Of a stretch of 64,000 bases of DNA, positions 26,750 to 38,422 are shown piece by piece. The notes beneath the pieces were generated by a model. The model was not told where the DNA came from and did no database searches. It saw only the letters and a list, made by a program, of their open reading frames with translations. The position numbers and the translations under genes were made by a program. Every line of letters begins with the position of its first letter. Position 1 is the first letter of the stretch. Source of the DNA: Felis catus. Taxonomy: Eukaryota. The stretch lies in contig NC_058368.1 of the NCBI RefSeq assembly GCF_018350175.1, positions 62,064,001-62,128,000 on the forward strand. The letters are read 5' to 3'.

Positions 26750-29700
26750 TTGGCAATACAGTAAACACGACAAATTACTTACATAAGCGTACACTGGTCA
26801 TCTCAGCCCCCTTTCCTTGTTTAACTACAAAGACACAGAATTGGACTGGGGTAACAATATTACCAGTAACTCTATCCACCTCTAAGTCCCTGATTCCCTA
26901 AGGGCCAAGCCCGTTACCCCATGAATTAAATTTACAATTAAATAATTATTTGTCTCTTAGAGGAGGGTGGATTGGAGATGACTGACTATCACTTTTAGAA
27001 ATGTATTATTTTCCAGTCTGGATGCAGAGATAATTATGGATAAATTGTATTCCTGGCCCTGACATTAGTCTCTATTCTCCGAGAGTCTAATTGAAGTGGC
27101 TCTCATATCTTATCTGTGCATTGTCAGGGAAACTTTAAAAAGTTGCTTTTCTTTCCTTCAGATCAATTAAATAAAAATTTCTAGAATATTAGGGTGCTGA
27201 TATCAAAAGTTTCACAAATCACTCCAGTGGACAACCAGGTTTGAGAATTATTGGACTGACAAAATCTTCTTTTTCAGTTGTCTCCATTTCTTTAGATGAG
27301 CTCAAGATTATCTGGAGAGGTAATATAGTAACAGTTGCTGTCATAACTAAGATCAATATTATTGATCTTAGTTACCACCGGTAATATAACACTAAATCTT
27401 TACTGCCAGTTGAGTCTCATGGTTTGCCTGCCCAACCTTGGTATTCTTGGCATTCTGCTGAACAATGTACTGGTCGCTATGTGCGTGTTAGGACTTTCAT
27501 TGACATTGGTGACCTGAAAGTAACGGGTACACTAGATTTCCCAGGAAGACATATGTGTGCCAGGGGCTTTCCCACAATGGTGAAATTTTTAGGAATCAAC
27601 TGATTTGGAACATTCCAGGATAATTCCCTAAGGGTAAAGGAAGAGTTTTTGTATCTCATACTTCCTACCACTAAGGATGCCCAACAGTCTAAGGGTAACT
27701 CTGGATTTTAGAGGCAGCATGACAGCACTTGAAAATAGTTCTGAAATCTGTTCATCAGTTGAGGTCACAAAAGTGGAATTTGTAGCATATGTAGGTTAGG
27801 GTGAAGAGATTTTTCCACTTTTTCTATATAGTCCAATATATACAATTATTGAAAATGCTTCTGGTGGATAAAAATGCTTTGTAGAATTTCTAGTAAGTCC
27901 TTACAGAAGATATATATGTAGATCCCAAGGACTCTGGAACAATGCTATGTCATCTGCAGCAGAGAACTACACTCGATCAGAAAAATAGTTTCATAGTGTC
28001 ATAGGATACCAAAGCACTATATCCAGTCATTAATGAGATAAAAAGTTATCTAACCATGAATCATAAAGTCCAGTCAGGTCAATTTAGTGTCATCCTGAGC
28101 TGGTCCAAAACACATGAATAAATTGCCTAAAGAAATGGCCTAGATTCCCACATCACCCATCTGTGTGACACTGGCAGTTTTTTCTCAGTCAAGTTCTATG
28201 GTTCCACAGGTGATTTTCTATGATAACAAGGAGGAGGAAAGAAATTGAGCATGTCTTATAAGCAGATTGCTGTAATTCATTAGCATTAGCTGAAACTACA
28301 CAGTTGCCACAATATAGCCACATTGTGAGGTAGACCTAAAGAGATGTGGTAAAGGGGAATCTTCTCAGTGGGTAGAGCTGCAGGTGGTGTAAAGTGCTTT
28401 TCCATTTGTATAAGTGAGATCTGGCCTGACCTGGGGATATTCACTGACGCTTCTGCACGAAAAAATGGGTTGGCTGTAGTTCAAGAGTCTGCAAGGAACA
28501 AGACTAGAAAATTCAATGTCAAGGCGTCTGGGGAAGTTTCATGTGGAGAGAACCTGTGGGAATTAGGAAAAGTATATAAAGTATATAAAGTTTTGTGTCA
28601 CATTAATGCTTTCCAGAAATTATCCACTGCAGAGGATGGTCTCGTCAATGCAGTGCACATATTAACTCCTTCTAGCAAATCAACCATCCTCCCTCTTTAA
28701 CAACTATAGTGCTAGTGCACAGGGCTTGTGAAGAAAGTGGCCATGATAGAGATGAGGTTCTTTATAAACTCAAAAGCATCCATTTCTTCCCATTAAACCT
28801 CATTTAGCTAAAATAACTGCTCTAAGATTTCTACTTGTCAGCAGCAGAAACCAACACTGAGACCTCATTCTGTCACTATTCCTCATGTACAACTGCTAGG
28901 AACACATAATGGGTTTACTACACCAGATTTCTTCCATGTAGGTGGGAGAAGCAATTTTTCTTAACAAAATCAATATATGCTATTGACATGGGTTTGGCTT
29001 CCTTATGCACTAGGTGTCCACCTACACCAGTACTTGTAGAATGCTAATGAATTGACTTAGTTTCCCATACAAGTTGGCATCAAACAAAGGGACCCATTTT
29101 ATAGCAAAGAAGGACTAATATCAATGAGTGTCTGATTACAAATTCACTCTAATATGTTCTAACACCCCAGCACCAAGCGGTGACCAATATAAGGTTTGTG
29201 TTTGGGAGGATTCAGAGTCTGGAAATCAAAGGGTATGGGTGACTCATCACCATTCCCAGTGCAAAGCTTGTGCATACACTTTGTGTTTCTCATCTCCACA
29301 ACTTGAGATCTTACGGTGAAGACAACCTTGTTCCTCTTTGGTAAACTGTCCTTCCAGGGGAAATCATGAAAATTTCATTCAACTAGAAGAGACAAATGCA
29401 AACTCACCATTTTGAATTCTTTCAGCCAGAAGACTAGTATGCGAAGAAAGGCATTATGGTACAGGCTGGAGAAAATAACTTTAAATCCCGTCAGTGTTTA
29501 AGTTTACTGATAAATAGTAGGAGCAAGGAGGAATATTTCCAGAACCTAAACAATGCTCTCAGGTATGTTTTTGTACTTATTATGCCTCGCAGTAAGGATG
29601 AAGAGGCAACGGCAGTGAGCAAAGGCAGATGGAGGTCTGGGTCATCTCAACCAAGAGATTGGCTGAGGTGGGGTGATGACTAATATTTAAGTTCTTGTCC

Positions 29701-29750
29701 TAGCAATGATTATAGATTAGTTTACTCATCCTTTTCAGTCTTTCAAGAGA
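26750..29750 (+). pseudogene. pol: Ancient ERVL-class (class III) internal region with decayed pol (RT, RNase H, integrase)
   Basis: Hand translation: 27580-27720 VKFLGIN*FGTFQDNSLRVKEEFLYLILPTTKDAQQSKGNSGF*RQH (cf. ERV-L VKFLGVQW...LAPPTTKKEAQRLVGLFGFWRQH); 28348-28380 GKGESSQWVEL (cf. GEGKSSQWAEL); 28836-28865 CQQQKPTLRP (cf. CQQQRPTLSP); 29077-29109 ASNKGTHFIAK (cf. ASDQGTHFTAK). Confidence 0.85.
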
Positions 29751-29889
29751 ATATAACTGGCCTTGATGTTGAAGGATTGCACTTGTACCAACCCTCTTAG
29801 GAAAGAAATGAGGACCTCTTGTTCTCATACAACATTCATATATTCTAAAAGGATGTGAGTGAATACAAGCCCAAGGAGAAGCTATGATT

Positions 29890-30448
29890 CACTCAGGATA
29901 TGCAACATCTTGGGTCTTGAAAGCTTGCTGTCCTACATTGCCTAAATGCCATTACCCAGGGCTCACACAGCTTCAGTATCTTAAGAGCCAACAACTAATC
30001 AAGGATCCATGCGTTCTGCCATCTGATGTGGGGAGAACTCTCTGCCTTTTCATATACTGGGCAAGAATTTTGGAAGAGCAGACTACCCAGAGACATGCAA
30101 GACATGCAAGACATCCATATCCATGGATTGGGCCTTAACAAAAGTTTTTAGGGATCTGTGGGTTAAATTCTTCCCCTGTCTTCCATTTAGATAGACAGTT
30201 CTAAGATCTAGTCAGCTCATTTGGCCTCTGCAGAAATGTGGTCTGAAACCAAGAAATCAGTCATTTATTACAAAAATAAAAGAAAACAAAAAAACCAAAC
30301 AAAAAAACAAAAAAACCCACCTTTTTTCTCATGTGTTCCTTACTTCTCTTTTGCCCTTTTTTACTCCAGGAGATCATGTGCCTCCACAAAGTTTAAACTT
30401 GCAAGTTTTTCCTCAGGTTCTATTTTCTAGAGAACCTGACCTAAAACA
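29890..30448 (+). mobile_element. Probable 3' LTR of the ERVL element (LTR16/LTR33-like)
   Basis: Follows the integrase remnant; ends ctcaggttctattttctagagaacctgacctaaaaca like LTR16/33 termini; 5' limit approximate. Confidence 0.6.
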
Positions 30449-30542
30449 CCAATCATGTACTTTCTCAAAAAATGCATATTTATGAATAAATTATAATCCA
30501 AATATAACATGGATCAAAGAAGTAATTAAAATGTATCTTGTT

Positions 30543-30764
30543 GGGGCGCCTGGGTGGCGCAGTCGGTTGAGCGTCCGACTTCAGCCAGGTCACGATCTCG
30601 CGGTCTGGGAGTTCGAGCCCCACGTCAGGCTCTGGGCTGATGGCTCAGAGCCTGGAGCCTGTTTCCAATTCTGTGTCTCCCTCTCTCTCTGCCCCTCCCC
30701 CGTTCATGCTCTGTCTCTCTCTGTCCCAAAAATAAATAAACGTTGAAAAAAAAATTTAAAAAAA
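30543..30764 (+). mobile_element. Young CAN-SINE (SINEC_Fc)
   Basis: ggggcgcctgggtggcgcagtcggtt head; perfect TSD aaaatgtatcttgtt at 30528-30542 and 30765-30779. Confidence 0.97.
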
Positions 30765-31382
30765 AAAATGTATCTTGTTATTACTTACTGTATTTAATTG
30801 GTCTAAAGCAGCTAATATACCTGTATTTAATCTAAAAAATTTAGGAAATCAGTCCTCTATAATTAAGATATTTTGTTTTTCCTCCTCTTTTAGAATCTAT
30901 ATGCATTTTAGGATCTCACTTTCTCTCTCTCTCTCTTTCAAAATAAGACCACATCCCCTCTTCATGCATTAATCACTAGGAGAAAAAAATGGAGCCCCAA
31001 AACCCTGAATTGCTGTATTAGCATCACCTCTACTTTGTATCCTTAAGATGCACAGCCTCGTCACTACCGAGCCTATTAGTAGTAACTTCTTGATAAGTGG
31101 CCACAATAAAGCTGGTTTCTCATTGCTGAGACTCTAATTATCATGTGGTCATGCACATCTCCTTCTCTTAACCTATTTTCCAACTGTAATCAACTTTGAA
31201 ACCTTTCACTGTGCCTTCTTTTGAGAAGAAGAGCTGGTAAATAGTGAATTCCCTTATAACCTGAATATATTCTCTGAAAATTTCCTTTGCTTTGTTTTTA
31301 CTGAAATGTAGCTTTTCCCAGGACACTGCTTCCCATTGTCTCCCCAGTGTTGGATGTTGTTACATTCACCCTCATATACATG

Positions 31383-31881
31383 TGTTGCCGGATAAACTGG
31401 GGAGACCACAAGCCCAGAGGCCTTGACCCAGCTCATGCTAAAGATGTTGCTGAAGATTCTTGTCTCCTTAGGAGAAAACTCAAGGACAAACAACACAGAA
31501 GAAAAATGATACAAATTGGAGTGTTTATTAAAGCGAAAGTACACTCTCAAGATATGAGAGATAGCCAGAGAAAGAGAGAGCACACACGCACGTGAGTTTA
31601 GGGGTTTGGGTTTCTATCTCCTACTGACAATTGTTAACAAGGGGGTAGAATATTCATTACTTGGGAACAGGATTTCTTGGAAGCAAGGTTTCAGGCCTTT
31701 TCTTCCTAATTTGGTCAGAGGTTTCCTGTCACGGCTGTGGCTATCTTGGGCGTGTCTGGTTTGATCTGGCTTTTTGTGAGATGCTGCCAGAAGGCCTCTG
31801 ACTTTCCCAATAGCTGACCTTGACTTCTGCTTTGCTGGCCTCCAGGTATCCTGTTAGAACCTAACAAACTACCTACTTTAA
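31383..31881 (-). mobile_element. ERV1-type solo LTR, family unassigned
   Basis: ~500-bp GC-richer block starting tgttgccgg; minus-strand AATAAA at 31524-31529 about 140 bp from that end (U5-like layout); right end and TSD unclear. Confidence 0.6.
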
Positions 31882-32284
31882 TGCTTGGAATGGGGTTGGT
31901 GTCTTCTTTAATCTTCACTGCCATTTCCAGACAATTCTTTTTCTCTCCTCTATAAAAACTTCAGGTTTGAATTTTATGACATTAAAATATTTTAAGTGAA
32001 GTAACTATTATCCTTAGAGCCACTCCTTTTTATTCCCTCAAGCCTGTAGCCTCTGATTTATAGTCACTCTCTCAATTGCTAAACCTATAACATCATTTGT
32101 GACTTCAGTTTCTATCTAGATTCCAGAATAAGCAGGCTTTTCGGTTCTGTGAACACCCAGATGGTAATAGTCTCATCCCCTCTCTCACTTCATCCATTTA
32201 CCTCTTCAGGCATACCTGAGACTTGTCATTATTTATAAATGAAACTTTATGATTCTGATTTCCAGCATCTCACCCTCTAAGGCA

Positions 32285-32377
32285 GTGTTCTAGCCTATCC
32301 AGAAGTAAATAAAAACAAAGAAAGATATAAAGTTTAGAGGTAAAAACAAAAACAACACCCAAAATTAATGTTGATCC
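32285..32377 (+). mobile_element. Old L1 ORF2 fragment, left piece split by the provirus
   Basis: gttctagcc...aaagaaagatataaag...aaattaatgttgatcc resembles the L1 VLA..RQEKEIKGI..KLSLF coding region and continues at 38834. Confidence 0.55.
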
Positions 32378-32777
32378 TGATGGGGTTCTTGAGCAAATGG
32401 CTAAGAAAGAATTCTTGAGATGTTTTTGGTGCAAAAGGTGATTTTATTAAAGCATGAGGACAGGACCTGTGGGCAGAAAAAGCTGCACTGGGATTGGGAA
32501 GAGGGACTGATTATATACGTTTAAGTTAGTGGGAGTTAGAGATAGCGTTAAGTCTCTAAGGAATTGAAAGCAAGGCTTTCAGGACCTTGAGAGGTTAGCT
32601 ACTGTTAAGTCAGGGTTACTCTTAGACCCATAAATCAAAAACATGAAGGAAGTTAGGCAGCCATCAGTTGTTTGAGGAAGGTCACACTCTGCATGTTTCA
32701 GGTGTCTATCGGTGGGCTGCAAGTTGTAAGAAGATTTAATTTATGTTACATTTCTCTTGCCTTTGTTTCCCTCATCG
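32378..32777 (-). repeat. 3' LTR of provirus (400 bp)
   Basis: Aligns end to end with 38423-38829; minus-strand ends CGATGAGGG (TG mutated) and CCCCATCA; AATAAA at 32443-32448; preceded on minus by PPT-like agggggaaaaa (32778-32788). Confidence 0.95.
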
Positions 32778-32844
32778 TTTTTCCCCCTGAACTACTTTGA
32801 CCCTTAAATCTTTAAGTCTGTTGAAGGCAGAAGGTATCATCTTC

Positions 32845-33050
32845 CTCTTCTTCTTTTTTTTTTTTTTAATTTATTTATTTTTGAAGGAGAGAGACACAGA
32901 GCGTGAGCGGGGGAGGGGCAGAAAGAGAGGTAGATACAGAATTTGAATCAGGCTCCAGGCTCTGGGCTGTCAGCACAGAACTCACCAACCGCGAGATCAT
33001 GACCTGAGCCAAAGTCAGATGCCTAACCGACTGAGCCGCCCAGGTGCCCC
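32845..33050 (-). mobile_element. CAN-SINE with small internal deletion, inserted inside the provirus
   Basis: Antisense SINE ending caggtgcccc; cagcacagaactcacc lacks the usual gcccgacgcggggctcg segment; lies between env end and 3' LTR. Confidence 0.93.
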
Positions 33051-33137
33051 TTGAATGTCTCATTTCTATAGCCTCTTCCTGCTGAACTGGGGCATAAAGA
33101 TGTCCCTACCAATGGTCAAGGTTGGTCAGTTGAGAAT

Positions 33138-33609
33138 TTAATAGGAGTTAAGAAAAGTGAAAGCATCTGTTACTAGAGTTGATAACATATGGGAGTCTCC
33201 TTGAGTAGAGAGGATCAAGGAGTCTTGGCACTAGAAGGAGAGACATGGGAGAAAAGAGCAAAACATGATTAACAAAAAGAAAAAGAAGCCCAAATATGAG
33301 TCCTTTGATAGTTGACAAAAATCTTTCTTTAGCCCACGAGTTTAGCCAATCATTAAAGAAAAGAGAGATAATTTAAAACATCAATTTGAGTGCACAAAAA
33401 TACTTTTTGTGATAATCTGGAATGTATACACAGCTTTCTTTTTTTATGAGAACATAAGCTCCATCTTGTACAGCAGTTAAAATAGCTAACGTCATTTTAT
33501 TTTGTAGAACTGTTTAATGCATTTGAGTTATTTTAGTATTTAATAATCTAAAGTTATTTTGAGAATCATTGAAGACCTTGATGGTGTAGTAGGTGGTGTT
33601 GACCATCAT
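33138..33609 (-). pseudogene. env: Decayed env transmembrane (TM) subunit: heptad repeat, immunosuppressive domain, CX6CC remnant, membrane anchor, tail
   Basis: Minus-strand translation YTIKVFNDSQNNFRLLNTKITQMH*TVLQNKMTLAILTAVQDGAYVLIK/ESCVYIPDYHK...NDWLNSW...GLIFGLLFLF/LLIMFCSFLPCLSF*CQ (slash = frameshift), matching gamma-type TM LQNRMALDILTAAQGGTC...CCVYIPD. Confidence 0.88.
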
Positions 33610-36479
33610 ATAGACTCTGTTTTGCTTAGTAAGCAATCAGGTAATTAACAAGAGGCACTTTTACAGAAACAACAAAAATATGGGTTAAGTGTTAGAGCAA
33701 ATTACAAACACAGGGTCTGCCAGTATCCCAGTGAGAAGATTTTTAGATGTCAGGCTTGAAGCATGCTCAGATGGAGATTCCTTTTCCTGGAGCAAAAGGA
33801 ATCAGATGGTTTTTTCTTGTTTGTAATTCAAATGTCTATGGTGATTCTTTTGAGTGGGCTATAGAGCAACAGAGACAAAGTGCCAAATATGAGTTTTGTG
33901 ACAATTTTTCTGAAGTTTACCTCAAGTTGTCTAGTTTAGGCAAACAACAAACATTTAAAGACAATTAGAATTAGAATTCAGTATCCAAAAGGGTGCATTA
34001 TTGAAACATAACTTTTCTCTCTAATAACCCTCATTTCCAGAGATAGCCAAATCAAAACTAATTCATTCGTAGAACAAGCCCAGTTTTAACAAACTCAGCC
34101 TAATTATTTACATAAGCTCTGCAAGAACAGCAATTAGTCATATAGATCTTTCAAAATTTGCTTTACTGTAACTTTTTATAAGGAATCTAGATTGAACTAT
34201 TAGTAGCCTCTCCAGACCAGAAGCCAAGCCAAGTACTTGCTGTCAGATATACTTGCAATACCTGTGGATTTGGGTGAATTTCTTTCCAGGAGGTCCCAAA
34301 GATATCCTGAGGTTCCTGCACCTATCAGGAAGTGACATTCTTTACTCACCTGGTAAGGCTGCTGGGAACTTTGTAAGAAGGGTACCAGGCCAACATTTCC
34401 AACAGACTTTGTGACTCTATGTTTCATAGTCAACCTTAGTTCAAACTGTTTGGTCATATCTGAGTCTATTCATGTCTCTCTCAAATATGACACTCTAGTC
34501 AAAGCCTTGGTAAAATAGCCAGTATTTCCAATGGTGACCTGTTACAAGGAGAATAGATTCTTGTTGAACTTATGCAAATAACTATAATTACCATGAAAGA
34601 AAGAATTAATTACTGAGATCTTTTGAATATCAGAGAGTTCAGGTATAGAGAAAAATTAAATGCTTCAGTTTGTTCACAAATGAATACTTCATCACGTTTC
34701 TGTATGTCAGAGATATTTTAAGAGAAAGTTTCCTTATTCTGGAAGAGCAAACATTAGAGAAATAGCAATATTTCCAACAAGAGTCACAAAACTATAATCT
34801 TCCTCCATTTATTTCTTCCCATGTTACTAATTCTTGTTCAGTTGGAATGCAGCTTTTAATCCTGGGAATTTTTACCCATTTGTTCTATGATCTCAAAGAT
34901 GTCAAATACTGGTATTTGTCTTAAAAGTCCTTTTTATAAATCTCCTTGAACATGGAACATATTTTGTAAGAGAATTGGAAAAACAACAATAAATGATAAA
35001 AGACTAACAAATGGACATGGTCAACTATCTGATATGAGAGTTCATTAAGATGAAGCTGACAAGGAAATTCAGGTTATTTCTGTGACACATAATACTTTGG
35101 TAATCAGAATATCAAGTGATGACCTTATACCAAACATATTAAAACTTGTAGTAATTTTATATGTATATTTGAGCAGTTATAGCATTTAACCAAGCAATAC
35201 AACTTAACGTTTACCATTATTTGTTTGAAAGGGCTTTCCAAGTAACACACCAAATAAAAAGGCCCAATTGGTCAAAAAGATTTAAATTATAGTTTAAATC
35301 CTGGGAAGTTTGTTAAAACCTTAGGAAGTTATAAGGCACATCCTGAATAGGGTTATAGATCATTACAAATCTTAATTATTTATTTAACCAAGGTGGCAAT
35401 AAGAGATTCTAAAGACAAATATGTAAGGTTATATAGTTTTTAGCAAAACCTAGCTCCTTTAACATTGACAAGTTTTAACTAAGTAATCAAAGACCTGATA
35501 AAAACAAAACATAAAGCTTTGGTTCTGGCATACAAAAGAGAAAAGAACTTTGCTTACATTTTTTTTTTCAACAGCAGATGAAAAATCCAAGACAACTTTG
35601 TCTTTTTAGAATCTGTTTTAAAATCTGTTAATTTTTAAAATCTGTTTACTTCAACCTTAGTCCATCCTAACTACATATAAAATCCCTTTCCAAAGATTTC
35701 CCTTTGAGAACATTTTACAACTTTCCTTTTCATTCAGATTTTGTACCAAGCCATTTCTCTCCAAACAAGTAGTCTCATTTAGGACAAAATTACTTTCTTT
35801 TACCTTTAACAAAAATTTATTTTCATTTATTATATTCTTCTCACATATCTCCTAATTTTCTACATACAGAGTTGTTTTCCTTATTTCTATCATTCTTAAT
35901 TACATTTAGCAGAATTTTAACTCTTAGAATCCTTAGTCTCCAGTGAAAACTAAGTAGTAACCAAGTGTGAACTGTTACATCAGAATTCTTTCATGGCAAT
36001 TTATGAATCAACTAAGTACAAACCAGGTTTTCCAATAGACTCAAATATCCTTATTTTCCCTGCAATAAGTTAAAAACATAAAGCTATGTTTAATAATCAA
36101 TGCTTAGGATTTTATCTTATTTGGAAAGGACTTAGATGTCCAATGAATTCAATCCAGTTTATCATTCAAACAAAACCTTAAATTTTTAGATTACCGAAGA
36201 CCTTGAAAGCTCTCTTAATAATTACCTATGAAACTTGGAGAAAGACAAAATGAACCACTATTTTAAGTCATACATTTGCTGACAAATTGCAACAGAGATA
36301 TTCATAAGCTTATCTGACCTTCAATAAACCTAGGTAGAAAAAGTCTCATATATTTAATGCTGAGAAGGCTAAAGACTTGTCTATCTTAATTAAACCAACA
36401 AACTTAAATTACTTTAAATGCCAAACATGTTCCACTTGGGTTCACTCAAAAGTCAGGCAATTTGTTCATCATTGTGAAT

Positions 36480-37380
36480 TTTTACCTGGGACATTGGTCA
36501 GGAAATCTGAAGTGAGTGGTGTAAGCGGGTGCCCTTTGCTCCTTGACAGTGAAGGGAGGAGGAGTAGCTGATGGCACCAGAGGCATGGAAGATGTAGGTT
36601 GCACCAAAGGTGGTACAGAAACAGGAGGAGGGGGAGGAGAAGGCAGAAGAAGTGAGGTGCCTCCAAGCCAAGCAGGCTGGAGGTGGACAAAATCCAGTGG
36701 ACAGAGAAAGAGATCTCCCAGTCCTAAAGCCTGTCAGCTCAGACAGATGAGCATATGCAGATTTTTTTTTTCCACCCAGTAGAAATGGGCAGTCCATGTC
36801 AGGTCATAAAATACAGGGAACTTTTCTAAAACGAAAGGAGTCTTGGCAGCTCCTTGGAATATTCCTTAAATTCTCCATCCCAAAGTAGACTAACCAGAGA
36901 AAATTGGCTCCAATTATCATAGTCATTAATCCAGGAAATGAATGAAGGAGAAGCCCCCATGTACAGCTAGAGTAACCTGAGTCTATTAGGAAGGAGGAAC
37001 AGTAAGAGAGAGTGTCAGAGTTCCCTTCATTAGGGTTGGCCTGTGTTTCCTCCAACAACGTGGGTTTATTTGGAGGAAGAGGCATGTTAGAAAATCAACC
37101 AATATATCAGGAGGGAGTTCATCATCCTGGTTAGTGGCCAAGCAGATCCTGCAAGAAGCCTCCAAATTCTGGATCCTGATCTAGGGCCATGAGAGCCTGG
37201 ACATTAGGTACCCCAGTCCATTTTCCCTGTTTCTTGCAGAAGAGATCTGATAGATACCATTTAAACCATGCAGTGTTATGGAAGATTAGTCCTTTCCTAA
37301 ATTTTTCAATATGAATTGATTACAGTGGGTTAAAAGGCATCCCAAGGGAGAGTCCTTGGGACTGAAGAAGAAAATCCCAT
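36480..37380 (-). pseudogene. gag: Decayed gag (clear matrix N-terminus; downstream parts tentative)
   Basis: ATG at 37380: MGFSSSVP/KDSPLGCLLTHCNQF...LIFHNTAW...DLFCKKQGKWTGVPNVQALMALDQDP, matching class I gag MA motifs SPLGCIL.HW, LIFFCNTAW, LDLFC...GKW.EVPYVQAF; proline-rich stretch near 36540-36660. Confidence 0.82.
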
Positions 37381-38401
37381 GTTCCTAGAAAAGTAGAGAA
37401 AGTCCATCACCAAAAATCCCTCCCTTCCCCAGCCCTGACTGCTGGGTGGCATCCAATGCAGGATATGTCAGAGGTTCCTGGTGTCAAAGTGACTGGAGGT
37501 GTCCCTCAAACAAAATTACTATGAACGCCGATCAGCCACTAAGCTCCCTGGAGAAGAGATGCGAGTCCCTTTGCTTCCTAATTGCATCCTAGGCTACAAA
37601 TGGGTGCCTGGCATATGGACGAAACTGCCACCCCATGCCTTGAAAGCCATTCTGTAGAAGGCCATGCTGTACAAAACTGTGCCTTAGTTTACTTTGTTTT
37701 GAGGAGCATGCCATGAAGGCTATACTTTAGTTTCCTTGAAGGGTGTGCCATTTTTTTTTTCAATCCTATGGAAAACACTAGAAAAGTTTTACAAGTGGTA
37801 ATTACCCAATTTTGTAATTTAAGCAGTTAGGAGAGGGCATTGAGAGAAAATAGTAAGATGGAAATCCATCCCATCATGATCTAAGCAACATTTCAACACA
37901 TATAGTCTTTACAGCCAACTTCCCTAGGAAACAGTCCCTGTTTGGGGTTTAATTTAATCAGGTACTGGTTTCAGCCGGCTCCCAGAGGTGGTCCCATTGC
38001 CAGAAGCAGCTAGACCAGAGATGTGGAGGGGATCACATTAGACCAATGAGAAGGAAACTTCACACAGGAGTCTTAAGATTGACAGCCATGCTAGTCACTT
38101 ATTTGGCTGTGCCCTGCCCTAGACATACTAGTTGGTATAAGGACAGGAATAAAGAGGGCATCAAGTTTCTGGGTCTTATTACCATTCTGGCTGGGGTACT
38201 AACTTCCAGCCAAAAGGCAGGCTTTCTCCTCCCTACAGAGTAGCCACAGGCTAGAGGAATGCAGCCTGACCAATCAACAAGAAAGTGTGCCGATAAGATC
38301 ATACCTCTTGAAAAACCCGTGAAATGAGAGTAAAGGAAGAAAAGAGAACGTACTCACCAAGTTTGCACCAAGGTTCAGAGTCTAGATGTAAAGACTCAAA
38401 G

Positions 38402-38419
38402 GACCACATAAAGGGGCCA
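38402..38419 (-). promoter_or_regulatory. Degenerate primer-binding site
   Basis: Minus strand reads LTR-end CA, gtt, then TGGCCCCTTTATGTGGTC; correct position and TGG start, tRNA not assignable by eye. Confidence 0.6.
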
Positions 38420-38422
38420 AAC

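Noticed and set aside
31383..32777. Solo LTR at 31383 as a third LTR of the adjacent provirus
   Set aside because: It does not align with the proviral LTRs and lies outside the ATCC TSD.
36543..36782. Gly-rich plus-strand ORF (79 aa)
   Set aside because: It is the antisense reading of the proline-rich gag remnant.
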